A stretch of DNA of 64,000 bases from NCBI GenBank assembly GCA_017435485.1, contig JAFSEY010000001.1, forward strand, positions 17,197 to 81,196. The letters are read 5' to 3'. The first letter of the stretch is position 1; every line of letters starts with the position of its first letter. Under the pieces are notes generated by a model. The model did no database searches and was not told the origin of the DNA. It worked only from the letters and a program-made list of their open reading frames with translations. The DNA comes from Bacilli bacterium (GTDB lineage: Bacteria > Bacillota_I > Bacilli_A > RF39 > UBA660). Positions 53,986-64,000 of this stretch are shown piece after piece. A program made the translations under genes and the position numbers.

Positions 53986-54627
53986 TTATTTTTGGGAATC
54001 GCTAACTCTTTTTCTAACACTTACGTCCAAATCAGGATTTGTTATATATCCAAGCATTTGTTCCTTTGTTATTTCTTCAAATTTCCACATTCCGTATTTT
54101 ACTACATCTTTTGTTTTTTCATAATAACCAGTATGAAGTCTAAAACTTACTCCATTATTAATTTGATTTAAAATGATCTCATCAAAAGTCATAGAGGTAA
54201 AGTAAGAATCATCGGCCCATTTAATCAAATCTCTCTCTTCGTAGAAGAAAGGCCAAATTGGGCTATAAGTAATTACATGATTTGTTACATCAAAAACTCC
54301 AGGAATCCGACCAGATGGATCACTTAATTTCATTCCTCCATATCGCATTCCTCGCTCAATACAATCAGGCTTTAAATTGCATCCACCCATTCTCATAAAT
54401 GGACTGCTTATCTTACAATAATCATCTCTTAAACTTCTTAAAGAATCTTCATTATCAAAATCGTATTTAGCCAGCTCATCACTTGATATATATTCTAGAA
54501 AAAATCTTTCTGGATCTACATCATCTTTTCGAAATCCTAATATTTTTTCAAAAATATCTTCTCCATCTTTCAATTCTATCTGATTAAATCTAAAAAATTC
54601 ATCATTATAAACTTTTGCCATAACCAC
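53986..54627 (-). CDS. Hypothetical protein
   Basis: ORF with its own terminator; no motif recognised. Confidence 0.7.
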   Translation of the reverse strand: MVMAKVYNDEFFRFNQIELKDGEDIFEKILGFRKDDVDPERFFLEYISSDELAKYDFDNEDSLRSLRDDYCKISSPFMRMGGCNLKPDCIERGMRYGGMKLSDPSGRIPGVFDVTNHVITYSPIWPFFYEERDLIKWADDSYFTSMTFDEIILNQINNGVSFRLHTGYYEKTKDVVKYGMWKFEEITKEQMLGYITNPDLDVSVRKRVSDSQK

Positions 54628-54642
54628 ACCTTCAAATTTAAT

Positions 54643-55665
54643 TTATTTTCCTATATTGTTTCTTTTCCTAAATTTAAATATTAAACACAAGCCAATAATA
54701 ACTATAACTCCAATTCCAGCAACAAAGATGGTTATTTTCTCATTACCTTTTTTTACTATTGTTTGTTCAACTTGATTACTACTTTTTTCTATTTCAGGTT
54801 GCTCTTCTATTTTTTCTTTTCTTGCTACTTTTACAACATATTCTTTCGTAGTCCCATCTTCTGCCGTTACTACTAACTTTAACTCATTTGAACCGACATT
54901 TAATTCATAATCTCCAGTTCCTTTAATTTTTGCTTTTTTATGTTCTGTTGTTGCATTAATTGTTATTTGTTCAACTTCATTTTCCACTTCTAAAGTATAT
55001 TCAAATACTTCTTTATCAAAAGCAATTGTTCCTACACTAAGCTCAATATCAATCAAATTAGCATTGTTAGATTTCTTAACTTCCACTTTTATTTCTTCTT
55101 TTTTGGGCGCATCAGATGTATTTGTTGAATTTGACGATGTTGGCTTTTTAGGCACATTATCTAAATATATGTAACCAGTTATTTCATAATCACTAGGTGA
55201 TATTGTGTATTTACAAGCAATTCTTTTTGCATTTGCTCTACAAACCTTATCAGTTTCTTCACTAACACCATTGGCCATGCACTCCATATATTCCGGATCT
55301 TCTTCATCAATACATGGTCCAGTAGAATCCCAAACGTACATAATATTTCCTTCTAGCTTCTCAACATACCCAACATGTCCATAAGAAGTCCAATTACCCC
55401 ACACTACAATAGAATTAGCTTTAGGAGTTGTCCCAACACTATAGCCATCATTACTTGCATCACTATACCACTCTTTAGCATTACCCCAACCAGGTAATGT
55501 AACTCCCGCTTTTTCACTTGCCATTTTCCATGCATACCACGTACAATTGGTCCCATAAGGTCCACTTTGTTTATATGGGTTTGATGCCGCACTAACATTT
55601 TGAAGTCCCATAATAAACATTAAAATCACTATAAAACATAAACATTTTTTCATTCTAACAATCAC
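54643..55665 (-). CDS. CHAP domain surface protein with cadherin-like domain
   Basis: NCTWYA, WGNAKEW, YGHVGYVE; AEDGTTKEY; C-terminal TM. Confidence 0.85.
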   Translation of the reverse strand: MIVRMKKCLCFIVILMFIMGLQNVSAASNPYKQSGPYGTNCTWYAWKMASEKAGVTLPGWGNAKEWYSDASNDGYSVGTTPKANSIVVWGNWTSYGHVGYVEKLEGNIMYVWDSTGPCIDEEDPEYMECMANGVSEETDKVCRANAKRIACKYTISPSDYEITGYIYLDNVPKKPTSSNSTNTSDAPKKEEIKVEVKKSNNANLIDIELSVGTIAFDKEVFEYTLEVENEVEQITINATTEHKKAKIKGTGDYELNVGSNELKLVVTAEDGTTKEYVVKVARKEKIEEQPEIEKSSNQVEQTIVKKGNEKITIFVAGIGVIVIIGLCLIFKFRKRNNIGK

Positions 55666-55689
55666 ACTTTCTATATATTTAATCGCATA

Positions 55690-56145
55690 TTATTCAATAG
55701 TAAATTCTGCAGATATATAAAACCTATCAAAAGTACCATTCTCATTTTCTACATCAACACTTTTTATAATTCTATAATCTCCAGCAGATAATTCACCATA
55801 ACTGTTCTCCCAATTAAGTTTTATTTCTTTTGATTCCTTAGATTTTAATCCATAAACCGGTAAAATAAAATTTAATTCAACATTTATTTTATACCATTTC
55901 CCATCTTTTTTTATTTCAACTTCGTATGGTTCTCCATATTGAACTTCTACATTACTATCATTTTTTAAAATTAATGTCGCACCTTTTTTTGTTAATGTAT
56001 TTTCTTTAATAGATAGCAAAACACCTTTTTCAGCTATTTCAACATTAGATTCTTTACCAATATCAAATTCATTTTTTGTTCCACATCCCACTAATCCAAA
56101 AAACACAACACCCAAAACCAAAATAATTAATATTATTTTTCTCAT
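55690..56145 (-). CDS. Ig-like domain lipoprotein
   Basis: Lipobox LVGC; YGEPY..E...GKW; W...YGEL..G.YRIIK. Confidence 0.7.
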   Translation of the reverse strand: MRKIILIILVLGVVFFGLVGCGTKNEFDIGKESNVEIAEKGVLLSIKENTLTKKGATLILKNDSNVEVQYGEPYEVEIKKDGKWYKINVELNFILPVYGLKSKESKEIKLNWENSYGELSAGDYRIIKSVDVENENGTFDRFYISAEFTIE

Positions 56146-56300
56146 AAATTCACCTTATTATATAAATTACTTATCTATCATAATAATTATATCACTAATA
56201 TGACAAATAACAAAAATATAGTTATATTAAAATGCTGAAATACCTTTTTATGATAAAACAAGTTTTACATTATGGCTAAAAAATAGAATTACAAGCTAGT

Positions 56301-56355
56301 AAAAAAGCTCCTAAGTTAGAGCTTTTCATAACACCGAAAAAAGTAGTTTTTATTA
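56301..56355. repeat. Degenerate copy of the rpsI terminator/stop region
   Basis: AAAAAAGC...GAGCTTTTCA.AACA...AAGTAGTTTTTA resembles 58164-58219 and 59778-59832. Confidence 0.4.
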
Positions 56356-56403
56356 CTTAAAATATCTTATAGATATAACTATTTAAAATATTCTTTATCT
56401 TTT

Positions 56404-57942
56404 TTACTTCTTATCATTTTGACACATAAAAATCTGATCTTTTAAATTACTAATTTCTTCTTGATATTCCCACTCTTTTTGAACATACTCATCAATTTTC
56501 TGTTCTAATTCATATATTCTACTTTCATAAGAATTAATCACATTTTGGGTCTGTACTTCAACATCACTATAGTCTTTATAATTTTTCTTTAATATTTCAA
56601 TATTTTCCTTTGTAGTGTATATTTTAACACTTCGAAGCTCATTATTTATTGAAACAATCTTTTTATCATTAAAATTATTTATTACTTCTTTTGCTAATTT
56701 TATAGGATTATCACAACTGCCCCATAAATATATTGCTGAACCAGATAAATCAGAATAATCTATATTACAATATTTGTTTAGAGTATATTCGATTTTTAGA
56801 TTATGATTATTAGATTCAATATATTCTACTATCGGATATGACCCCAATATCAAATCATTTCTCATATCTAATTCAATATATTCCGTTTTTAAAATATCTT
56901 TATCTTTATCATTATCAACATATTCAAAGTTTAATGTACCAACTAAAACTAAACCACTACCAATTCCAAACATAATAAGTGATATAACAAAGGACCATAT
57001 CATTTTCTTTTTATCATTTTTTCTGTTAAATACAAAGTTTAATAATAGTAATATCAAGACTACATTTATGACTGCTAAAGCCAATATTGCTATTAATAAA
57101 CCTATAAAAAACACTCCCGTTTTAATTATTAAAAAAGAAATTACAAATGCAACAAACAAACATATTAAAGTCAGAAAAAGTCCTATTGAAAAACATAATG
57201 TAAAAAACTTAATAGCTCCTACTATTCCTTTAAATAGTCCATTTATAAACCTATATTCACTATGTTTCGGATCTCTTATAATAATTTTATCTTCGTTCTT
57301 CTTAAAAAATATTTTATTCTTTTTATCTATTTTTTCTTCTTGATATTCTTCATCTACTTTTTTTGCTTCAATAACATCTTTCTTTATTTTTTCATAATAA
57401 TCTAAATATCTTGTTTTAAATATATGTACTATTATTACAACTGAACTCATAACAGCAAATATGCCATATAGAAAATACAGTATTGAATGTAAAATAAAAT
57501 ACACTTTATCTGGTATAACTCCAAATATACCAGATAATAAATCTTGTCCTAGTATTCCTATAAGTAAACAAACAACAAATAATATTGTCCCAATAACAAA
57601 TTGTTCTAATAAACACTTACATTTGCTTTTAAAACTCATATTGCTAAACATATTTATAGTATTTGTAATAAATTTTAAAAAGTCATCTACATACTTATTT
57701 AAATTCTTTTTACTTTCTTCTTCACCTTTTACTTCTCTAATATCTTTATGTAACAAATCATCAATATTTAAATTAAACTTTTCACATAAAGTAATAATTT
57801 TATCCATCTCTGGATATGCAACTGCTGATTCCCATTTTGATATTGCCTGTCTTGAAACCCCAAGCTCATCAGCAAGTTGTTCTTGGGAAAGATTATTATC
57901 TTTTCTAATCTTTTTTAAATTTTCCGAAAACTTATTATTCAT
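56404..57942 (-). CDS. XRE HTH-containing membrane protein
   Basis: LSQEQLADELGVSRQAISKWE; several TMs; ATG 57942 after GGAGG. Confidence 0.85.
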   Translation of the reverse strand: MNNKFSENLKKIRKDNNLSQEQLADELGVSRQAISKWESAVAYPEMDKIITLCEKFNLNIDDLLHKDIREVKGEEESKKNLNKYVDDFLKFITNTINMFSNMSFKSKCKCLLEQFVIGTILFVVCLLIGILGQDLLSGIFGVIPDKVYFILHSILYFLYGIFAVMSSVVIIVHIFKTRYLDYYEKIKKDVIEAKKVDEEYQEEKIDKKNKIFFKKNEDKIIIRDPKHSEYRFINGLFKGIVGAIKFFTLCFSIGLFLTLICLFVAFVISFLIIKTGVFFIGLLIAILALAVINVVLILLLLNFVFNRKNDKKKMIWSFVISLIMFGIGSGLVLVGTLNFEYVDNDKDKDILKTEYIELDMRNDLILGSYPIVEYIESNNHNLKIEYTLNKYCNIDYSDLSGSAIYLWGSCDNPIKLAKEVINNFNDKKIVSINNELRSVKIYTTKENIEILKKNYKDYSDVEVQTQNVINSYESRIYELEQKIDEYVQKEWEYQEEISNLKDQIFMCQNDKK

Positions 57943-58163
57943 TTTCGTCCGCCTCCTTTTCACCCACATTTTATATTTTTCTACCGGTAGCAGGCCACCA
58001 CTTTTAGGTTGTTTTTTGTTGAAAGTTAGTTGCAAAATAAAATTTATTCATATTATATCATGAATTTCCAAAAAAATAGAACGATTGAACAACTAACTTC
58101 TATATTTATAATAGTTTGTTCTAAATAGTATATGTTACGAATTAAATTTAAAATTTATTATAA

Positions 58164-58300
58164 GCAAAAAAGCCCATGACTTTGAGCTTTTCAAAACATT
58201 AACGTTAGTAATTCTTAACTTTTTGTAAATTAGCTTTCTTTAATTTTGCGGATTTCCAACATTTTTGCATAATGAACGTATGATTCTGTAGTGTCGTCCG
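58164..58300. repeat. Copy of the rpsI 3' end/terminator plus ~85-bp cassette-end repeat
   Basis: 58164-58219 matches 59778-59832; 58215-58300 is collinear with 59149-59235. Confidence 0.7.
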
Positions 58301-58327
58301 CCAACGATAAGAGAAAGGCTATTTATA

Positions 58328-58996
58328 TTACTTTATAATTCCTCCAAAGAAATTGCATTCAAAAACTTTTTCATTTTGAAAATAAATTATCTCTTTACCA
58401 TTAAAATATTCAAAATTTCCATTTGTTTCGCAAATATAAGTATAATCTCCATCTTGAAATTTATTTTGGCCTCTGTATGGCATCTCAGCATTTACGGTAG
58501 ATAAAGCTTTTTTCAAAAAATTACTTGAGAATTTATCATCAATTTCTACACCATTATAATTCATTGCCCATATAGGCTCATCATCAATAAATACTGCTTC
58601 CTCCCCTATAAATTGTTCGCCACCTAAATATGTATCAATATATTTAAATTTTCCATCTTTGTATATTAAATCGTGTGATTTTGGTCTTGTAGACACCCCT
58701 TCTTCCGAAGCATTTCCAGCATAAGTATTCTTTTTTGCTAAAATTAAAAATTGTATAATTTCACTTACGTTGTATTCTTTTTCCACAACATTCATACAAT
58801 CATCATCTTTTAATAATCTGTCTAAAGATATATTAAATAGATTACTTAATTGAATTAAATTATTTATATCTGGATATGTTTCTCCATTTTCCCATTTTGC
58901 AACTGCCTGTCTTGAAACATTTAATTCTTCGGCTAGATTTTCTTGAGATAATTTTTTACATTTTCTTAATTCTTGAATTTTATTCTTTAATTCCAT
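58328..58996 (-). CDS. XRE HTH + DUF5680-like protein
   Basis: LSQENLAEEL.VSRQAVAKWE; AKKNTYAG, Y.DTYLGGE.F.GEE, W.MNY.G. Confidence 0.8.
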   Translation of the reverse strand: MELKNKIQELRKCKKLSQENLAEELNVSRQAVAKWENGETYPDINNLIQLSNLFNISLDRLLKDDDCMNVVEKEYNVSEIIQFLILAKKNTYAGNASEEGVSTRPKSHDLIYKDGKFKYIDTYLGGEQFIGEEAVFIDDEPIWAMNYNGVEIDDKFSSNFLKKALSTVNAEMPYRGQNKFQDGDYTYICETNGNFEYFNGKEIIYFQNEKVFECNFFGGIIK

Positions 58997-59148
58997 TATT
59001 ATCCTTCTTTCATTAATTTATTACATATATAATTTTAAATCTTTAACAATAATTTTCAATCAATTAAAACTATCATTTTTGACAACCAGCAGTTGCATAA
59101 ATTATTGTTGTTTAACTAATACATCTTTTATTTTAAAATAAAACTAAT

Positions 59149-59235
59149 TTAACCTTTTCAAACTTAGCGCAAATTATTTATGCCGATTTGCAAAGTTTTT
59201 GCATAATACAAGAAGATTCACTATGCGACTCTAGG
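59149..59235. repeat. Second copy of the cassette-end repeat
   Basis: TTAAC to TTTTTGCATAAT spacing is 47 nt in both copies. Confidence 0.65.
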
Positions 59236-59264
59236 AAATCTTAATATTTTCTTCCTATTATTAA

Positions 59265-59678
59265 TTATGAAACACATTTTATTAGTTTTTCTTTTTCATT
59301 TATATCTGTGAGAAAATAAATAGAATTATTATTTAGAATATCCTTTATTAATTTTTTATCATTTTTATTAAGCAGTTTATCCACAACATATTTTTGATCC
59401 AGCTGATTAGTCTGTGTACTGAAATCATTACAATAATCCAAAAATCCTAGCAATAGTTCAACATCACCTTTATCAACAAAGTAATCAATTATTTTATTTC
59501 TGTTGTAATCCGAATATATCGCCACTAAACTTGTGAGAGTATATGCCTCATCGTCAACAATTAATTTTGTAACTAGTTCATTAAATTCTTCTATAGTTAT
59601 TTTAATAATCAAAGTATGAAAAGGCCCTTCATTACACTGTCTTATAATATCTCTTTCTTTATTAGTATAATTGCTCAT
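59265..59678 (-). CDS. Hypothetical protein
   Basis: ORF between repeat copies. Confidence 0.65.
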   Translation of the reverse strand: MSNYTNKERDIIRQCNEGPFHTLIIKITIEEFNELVTKLIVDDEAYTLTSLVAIYSDYNRNKIIDYFVDKGDVELLLGFLDYCNDFSTQTNQLDQKYVVDKLLNKNDKKLIKDILNNNSIYFLTDINEKEKLIKCVS

Positions 59679-59777
59679 TTCTCATCAATGCCTTTCTTTT
59701 TATAATTTTATTATATCACAATTAATAATTTTGTAGTCTTTGACTTAAAAATATTCTTTTTTCTATATTTTACTGCA

Positions 59778-59806
59778 GCAAAAAAAGCCCATGAATGAGC
59801 TTTTTG
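59778..59806 (-). terminator. rplM-rpsI terminator
   Basis: AAAAGC..CA....GAGCTTTT hairpin. Confidence 0.65.
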
Positions 59807-59827
59807 AAACATTGAAATAAGTAATTC

Positions 59828-60244
59828 TTAACGTTTTGAGAATTGTGGAGCACGACGTGCTTTTTTAAGTCCGTATTTCTTTCTTTCTTTAATACGAGAA
59901 TCTCTAGTGATAAATCCACCAGCTTTTAAAATACGGCGATAAGAATCTTCTCTAGTTTGATCAGTATTTTCATCAAATTTTAATAATGCTCTAGTAATAC
60001 CTAATCTGATAGCTCCAGTTTGACCTGAGAATCCACCACCAGATACGTTTACTTCGATATCAAATCTATTTTCATTATCAGTTGCTACTAATGGTTGTTT
60101 TAAGTCTAAAACTAAAGTTGCATATGGCATATATTCATTAACATCTACACCATTAACAGTAATTTTACCAGTTCCTCCAACCATTTTAACTCTAGCTACA
60201 GAACGTTTTCTACGTCCTGTTGCAGTCCATACTTGTTTACTCAT
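59828..60244 (-). CDS. rpsI: 30S ribosomal protein S9
   Basis: [38 protein letters not shown]. Confidence 0.98.
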   Translation of the reverse strand: MSKQVWTATGRRKRSVARVKMVGGTGKITVNGVDVNEYMPYATLVLDLKQPLVATDNENRFDIEVNVSGGGFSGQTGAIRLGITRALLKFDENTDQTREDSYRRILKAGGFITRDSRIKERKKYGLKKARRAPQFSKR

Positions 60245-60255
60245 AACTTACCCTC

Positions 60256-60687
60256 CTAATCAACCTTTAAGATTTCTGGTTTTTGAGCTTCATGCTTATG
60301 ATTAGCATCTGCATAAACAAATAATTTTTTATACATTTTTGCTCCTAAAGCGTTATGAGGAAGCATTCCTTTGATAGCTCTTTCTACCATTTCTTCTGGA
60401 TATTTTTCAATCATAGTTTGAGCATTTCTTTCTCTTAATCCTCCAGGAAATCCACTATGATTGTAATACATCTTATCAGCCATTTTGTTTCCAGTTAATT
60501 TAACTTTGTTAGCATTGATTACGATTACATAATCACCACAATCAACATGAGGAGTATAAGTAACTTTATGTTTACCTCTTAATACTGTAGCAACTTTAGT
60601 TGCTAAACGTCCTAATGTTTTATTTTCTGCATCAACGATGTACCACTTACGTTCAACGTTTTCTTTTTTTTGCATAAATGATTTCAT
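60256..60687 (-). CDS. rplM: 50S ribosomal protein L13
   Basis: [33 protein letters not shown]; true start ATG 60687. Confidence 0.98.
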   Translation of the reverse strand: MKSFMQKKENVERKWYIVDAENKTLGRLATKVATVLRGKHKVTYTPHVDCGDYVIVINANKVKLTGNKMADKMYYNHSGFPGGLRERNAQTMIEKYPEEMVERAIKGMLPHNALGAKMYKKLFVYADANHKHEAQKPEILKVD

Positions 60688-60826
60688 TATTTTAATTCCT
60701 TTCACCATTCTCCCCTTTAAACTTTCCCAGGGCTTAAAGCTTCGAATAAATAAAATGTACCATTCAAAATTATATGAGATTAACCCTAAAAAGTCAAACA
60801 AAAAAGCAAAAATATTACAATTTTTG

Positions 60827-62584
60827 CTAATTATTATACCAAATTCCTAAAATATCACAATTTGAACTCAATGGAGCAGGATTTGGCATTGCTATTTTTA
60901 TTAGTGTTGGTAACTTGAACGCAGTCCCAAATAAAACACAATTACCTGGTTGTAATGTTTTCATTTTTTGAATAGTTGCTTCCGTAATATCCGGAACGAC
61001 ATGAGAAATAAAATCCAAATCTACTGGATGAAGCATTTTAAACATCAAGAAATTTGAACATTGTGATAAAGTTGTTTCAGAAAGTTCTGATGGTCTTTGA
61101 GTAATTAATCCTAATAAAACACCATACTTTCTTCCTTCTTTAGCAATTCGATCAAATATATTATATCCAATTATATTAACATCGTTATCATTTTGAACAT
61201 AGCGATGAGCTTCTTCTAGAACAATATGGACAGGTACAGACGCCCTAATATCCATTCCTTTGCAAAAATCATACATCATTCTAGAATATATTTTAGCAAA
61301 CATTTTCGCCAAACGATCATCAATATAATTAATATTAATATTTAATATCTGACATTTCCTTTCGCCATCATATAATAATTGCTGCATGAATTCCATTTCC
61401 GTCATATACTCTTGACATTCAAAGAAAACTTTATCGCTACTATTTCTTAAAGTATCTAAATTAGTTTTTAAGTAATACATATCATTATATAAGGTTTCAT
61501 TTCGTAAAATCCCCTCATCAATTAAAGCAAATTCCAAAGCATACGCAATATCATCTAAAGTATAAGAATAAGATTTATCAGGAAGTTTTAAAACTATGTC
61601 TTCTTTTACTAGCTTTTTCAAGAATTCATTAATTAAATCAATAGCTCTAATTTTTCCGGTTTCATCAATTAACAAACATTGTTTTAATGGTCTAATATAC
61701 CCTACTTGAGAAATCAAAGATTCTAAATTAATTAGTCTAGTATTATATTTTGTTAAAACAGAAAAAAATTGATCTCTTATTTGAGCTGAAGGTCTACCAC
61801 TTGATAAAATTTCTAATAAAGCTTTAGCAATAACACTAGTTTTATATTCTAACACTTTTTCTTCTTCTTGAGCGAAGACATCTACAAACTTCATAGTTTT
61901 TTCTAAAATTGGCAACTGAGAAACATTTTTTACATTTAAAAGTAATGCTAAATCATCGATGCTAAGTAACCACACCGGAATCTTTACAAGATTTTGTGTT
62001 TGATTCTTATTGGTGGTTAACGATTTAAAAACAAAATTAGGATTATTTTGAATTAACGCATTAAATGCTGGCTCATATTCCCCAAAAGAATCTATAACCA
62101 CAAAACTTGCATTTTTAGGAAAAGCTTGCTTACGAAATAAATTTTGAATAATTGTGGCAAATCCACATGACTTTCCTGTACCACTACTACCAATAATAGC
62201 AAAATTATGGCTAAATAAAGGTTGAACCTTAGCACCAACTCGTACATCTGGATATACCAAGCTATTCCCTAAAAAAAGCTCACTAGCATCGTTTTCATTT
62301 TCCAAACCTATTATTTTGTTAATATAAGCTGGAGATATTAAATTAACTTGAGCTTTAAAAGATGGTTTATTTGATACACCATATACAAAATTATTATTAA
62401 CAAATTCTCCAACTAAATTTATATAAGCTTTTTTATCTTGTATTCCTACTACTTCTCCAACAAAGTTTTTTCCACCATCACTTAATAAAACAAATAAATT
62501 AATTAAATTTTGAGTTTCACTAATATTAACATTTAACATAACTTCAATTAAGCTATTATTTATTCCAATAATTTTTCCTAGCAT
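60827..62584 (-). CDS. HerA/DUF87-like FtsK-HerA ATPase
   Basis: [32 protein letters not shown]. Confidence 0.85.
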   Translation of the reverse strand: MLGKIIGINNSLIEVMLNVNISETQNLINLFVLLSDGGKNFVGEVVGIQDKKAYINLVGEFVNNNFVYGVSNKPSFKAQVNLISPAYINKIIGLENENDASELFLGNSLVYPDVRVGAKVQPLFSHNFAIIGSSGTGKSCGFATIIQNLFRKQAFPKNASFVVIDSFGEYEPAFNALIQNNPNFVFKSLTTNKNQTQNLVKIPVWLLSIDDLALLLNVKNVSQLPILEKTMKFVDVFAQEEEKVLEYKTSVIAKALLEILSSGRPSAQIRDQFFSVLTKYNTRLINLESLISQVGYIRPLKQCLLIDETGKIRAIDLINEFLKKLVKEDIVLKLPDKSYSYTLDDIAYALEFALIDEGILRNETLYNDMYYLKTNLDTLRNSSDKVFFECQEYMTEMEFMQQLLYDGERKCQILNININYIDDRLAKMFAKIYSRMMYDFCKGMDIRASVPVHIVLEEAHRYVQNDNDVNIIGYNIFDRIAKEGRKYGVLLGLITQRPSELSETTLSQCSNFLMFKMLHPVDLDFISHVVPDITEATIQKMKTLQPGNCVLFGTAFKLPTLIKIAMPNPAPLSSNCDILGIWYNN

Positions 62585-62643
62585 CACTAACACCCTTTAC
62601 TTAAGAATATAATATCACATTTTGTATCCAAACAACAAGACCT

Positions 62644-63366
62644 TTAATAAAATATTTTTTCTAAATACAAACCATTTGATGGAGCAGTTGACAATTGCCT
62701 AGTTACATTAGGCTTTTTTAACATTTTAGCAATTCCCTCTAAAGTCACCTTATTTTTATTATAGTCAAGCATAGCTCCAACTAAATTACGAACCATATAT
62801 TTATAAAAAGCTTTACCAACAAATATAATACTAAGTATTTCTTTTTCTTTTTTTATTTTAATGTCATAAATTACTGAAATAGTATTATTATGTTCTCCAC
62901 TAACAAAGTTTTTAAAATCATATTGACCAATAAACAATTTACTAACTTTCCTTAATTTCTTAATATCAATAGCAAATTTAGGTTGTAAATAATAATCTTC
63001 TTTTAAAGGAGATGCTTCTCCTAAATTGATTTTGTAAACATAAACTTTTTTCTTAACCGAAAATCTGGCATGAAAAGATTCATCTACATAATGACAAGAC
63101 TTAATTAGAATATAATCACTAACATATCTTTGAATTGCTTTTTTTAAACTATCTAACTTCATTTCGTAATCCACATCAAAATGAAAAGCTTGTTCTAAAG
63201 CATGCACTCCTTTATCAGTTCTTCCTGCTCCCTTAATCAAAATATCTTGTTTAAATACCTTTTTTAATGAATTTTCTATTTCTTTTTGAACAGTTAGTAA
63301 ATCATTTAGGCGTTGAAATCCGTAAAACTTACTACCATCATAAGCTATTTTAACTAAATATCTCAT
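62644..63366 (-). CDS. truA: tRNA pseudouridine(38-40) synthase
   Basis: YDGSKFYGFQ, AGRTDKGVHA, HARF, GL.LEKI.Y. Confidence 0.95.
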   Translation of the reverse strand: MRYLVKIAYDGSKFYGFQRLNDLLTVQKEIENSLKKVFKQDILIKGAGRTDKGVHALEQAFHFDVDYEMKLDSLKKAIQRYVSDYILIKSCHYVDESFHARFSVKKKVYVYKINLGEASPLKEDYYLQPKFAIDIKKLRKVSKLFIGQYDFKNFVSGEHNNTISVIYDIKIKKEKEILSIIFVGKAFYKYMVRNLVGAMLDYNKNKVTLEGIAKMLKKPNVTRQLSTAPSNGLYLEKIFY

Positions 63367-63959
63367 AATCTATACAATCCCTTTAATAATTCTGATACAT
63401 CAATATAATTGTCTAACTTTTTACCTGTTTTTTGACATTTTTTTACAAATGATATTATAGGAGGCATATCAATATATTTAAAAACATCTTCATTATAAAA
63501 ATCTTTATTAGTTAGCGTCTTAACTATTTCGTTGTTTTCTAAAATGATAATCTTATCCACTAAGTCTAACATAAATTCTAAATCATTTGTAAACACTAAT
63601 ACTTTTACTTTGTAATCATGAGCAAGCTTTCTAAGAATTCTCTTTAAATAAATTCTTTCTTTTTCATTTAACCCTTTTTCAAAATAATTTAAAATAACTT
63701 CTTTCCCTTTTAATAATTGGGTAGCTAAAACAATTAATTTTTCTTCTAAAGAAACTAAATCATTAACATGTTTTTCTAACACTTGTTCTTCTATTCCTAA
63801 CATTTTAAATACTTTTAGAATTTTTTCTTGAGAAGCTACCGCTAACAAATATTCTTTTAAAGTAACTTTTGGCAACTTATTTTCTTTATTATGGTTAGCA
63901 TTCAATAAAGTGATAATTTCTCCAAAAGATGCTAAATTTAAATAGTAATTTATTTCCAT
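63363..63959 (-). CDS. Degenerate ABC/ECF ATPase-like protein
   Basis: LVSLEEKLIVLA, FEKGLN, LVFTNDLEF..DLVDKIIIL resemble a diverged NBD C-terminus; upstream of truA. Confidence 0.5.
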   Translation of the reverse strand: MEINYYLNLASFGEIITLLNANHNKENKLPKVTLKEYLLAVASQEKILKVFKMLGIEEQVLEKHVNDLVSLEEKLIVLATQLLKGKEVILNYFEKGLNEKERIYLKRILRKLAHDYKVKVLVFTNDLEFMLDLVDKIIILENNEIVKTLTNKDFYNEDVFKYIDMPPIISFVKKCQKTGKKLDNYIDVSELLKGLYRL

Positions 63960-64000
63960 AATTCACCTACTAATTCATCATCACTATAACAAGTTTTATT

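Noticed and set aside
58205-58320. Integrase C-terminal remnant (TTESYVH on the minus strand)
   Set aside because: Motif too short, no LGH context, and the second copy at 59149 has stops; treated as a non-coding repeat.
1-64000. Mollicutes genetic code 4 (TGA = Trp)
   Set aside because: TGA ends genes with ATGA-type coupling (14259, 24567), long genes are intact under code 11, and the tRNA-Trp anticodon is CCA.

Overview
Very AT-rich chromosome segment of a low-GC Bacillota (Bacilli-like; resembles uncultured gut RF39-type genomes, which is an inference). It uses genetic code 11. Three zones. (1) 1-11064: an integrase-free accessory tract downstream of a tRNA-Trp 3' end. It is divided into modules by repeated TGGCAC junctions, each with a CGAA/TTCG motif and a terminator. 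It carries an amidoligase-like gene, DUF2207/LemA/DUF3592 membrane genes, a decayed IS110 with a bridge-RNA-like leader, and a DUF5343 + Swt1-HEPN pair. (2) 11101-46655: a ~35.5-kb ICE with a tyrosine integrase, Xis, MobL-type relaxase, VirD4, VirB4/B6/B3/B2-like genes, M23 peptidase, sortase plus thioester adhesin, an ArdC/DMP19/ART-like cluster, an orphan MTase and GNAT/nitroreductase/ABC cargo. It integrated in the anticodon loop of host tRNA-Trp, split that gene (5' half 46648-46685, 3' half 11065-11108), and carries its own intact divergent tRNA-Trp (46377-46450). Many ICE genes appear to start at ATA and end in a shared I/V-x-I C-terminus. The ICE also holds a ~220-nt promoter- and terminator-bounded structured RNA (30975-31195, minus) complementary to the RBS and conserved motifs of a cold-shock-protein mRNA; this is the most striking unexplained element. 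(3) 46686-64000: mostly host genes (cwlJ-like, amidases, htrA, Abi, rpsI, rplM, HerA-like, truA), plus a two-HEPN orphan and a second tandem cassette tract downstream of rpsI. All family calls are by-eye motif recognition; no searches were run.
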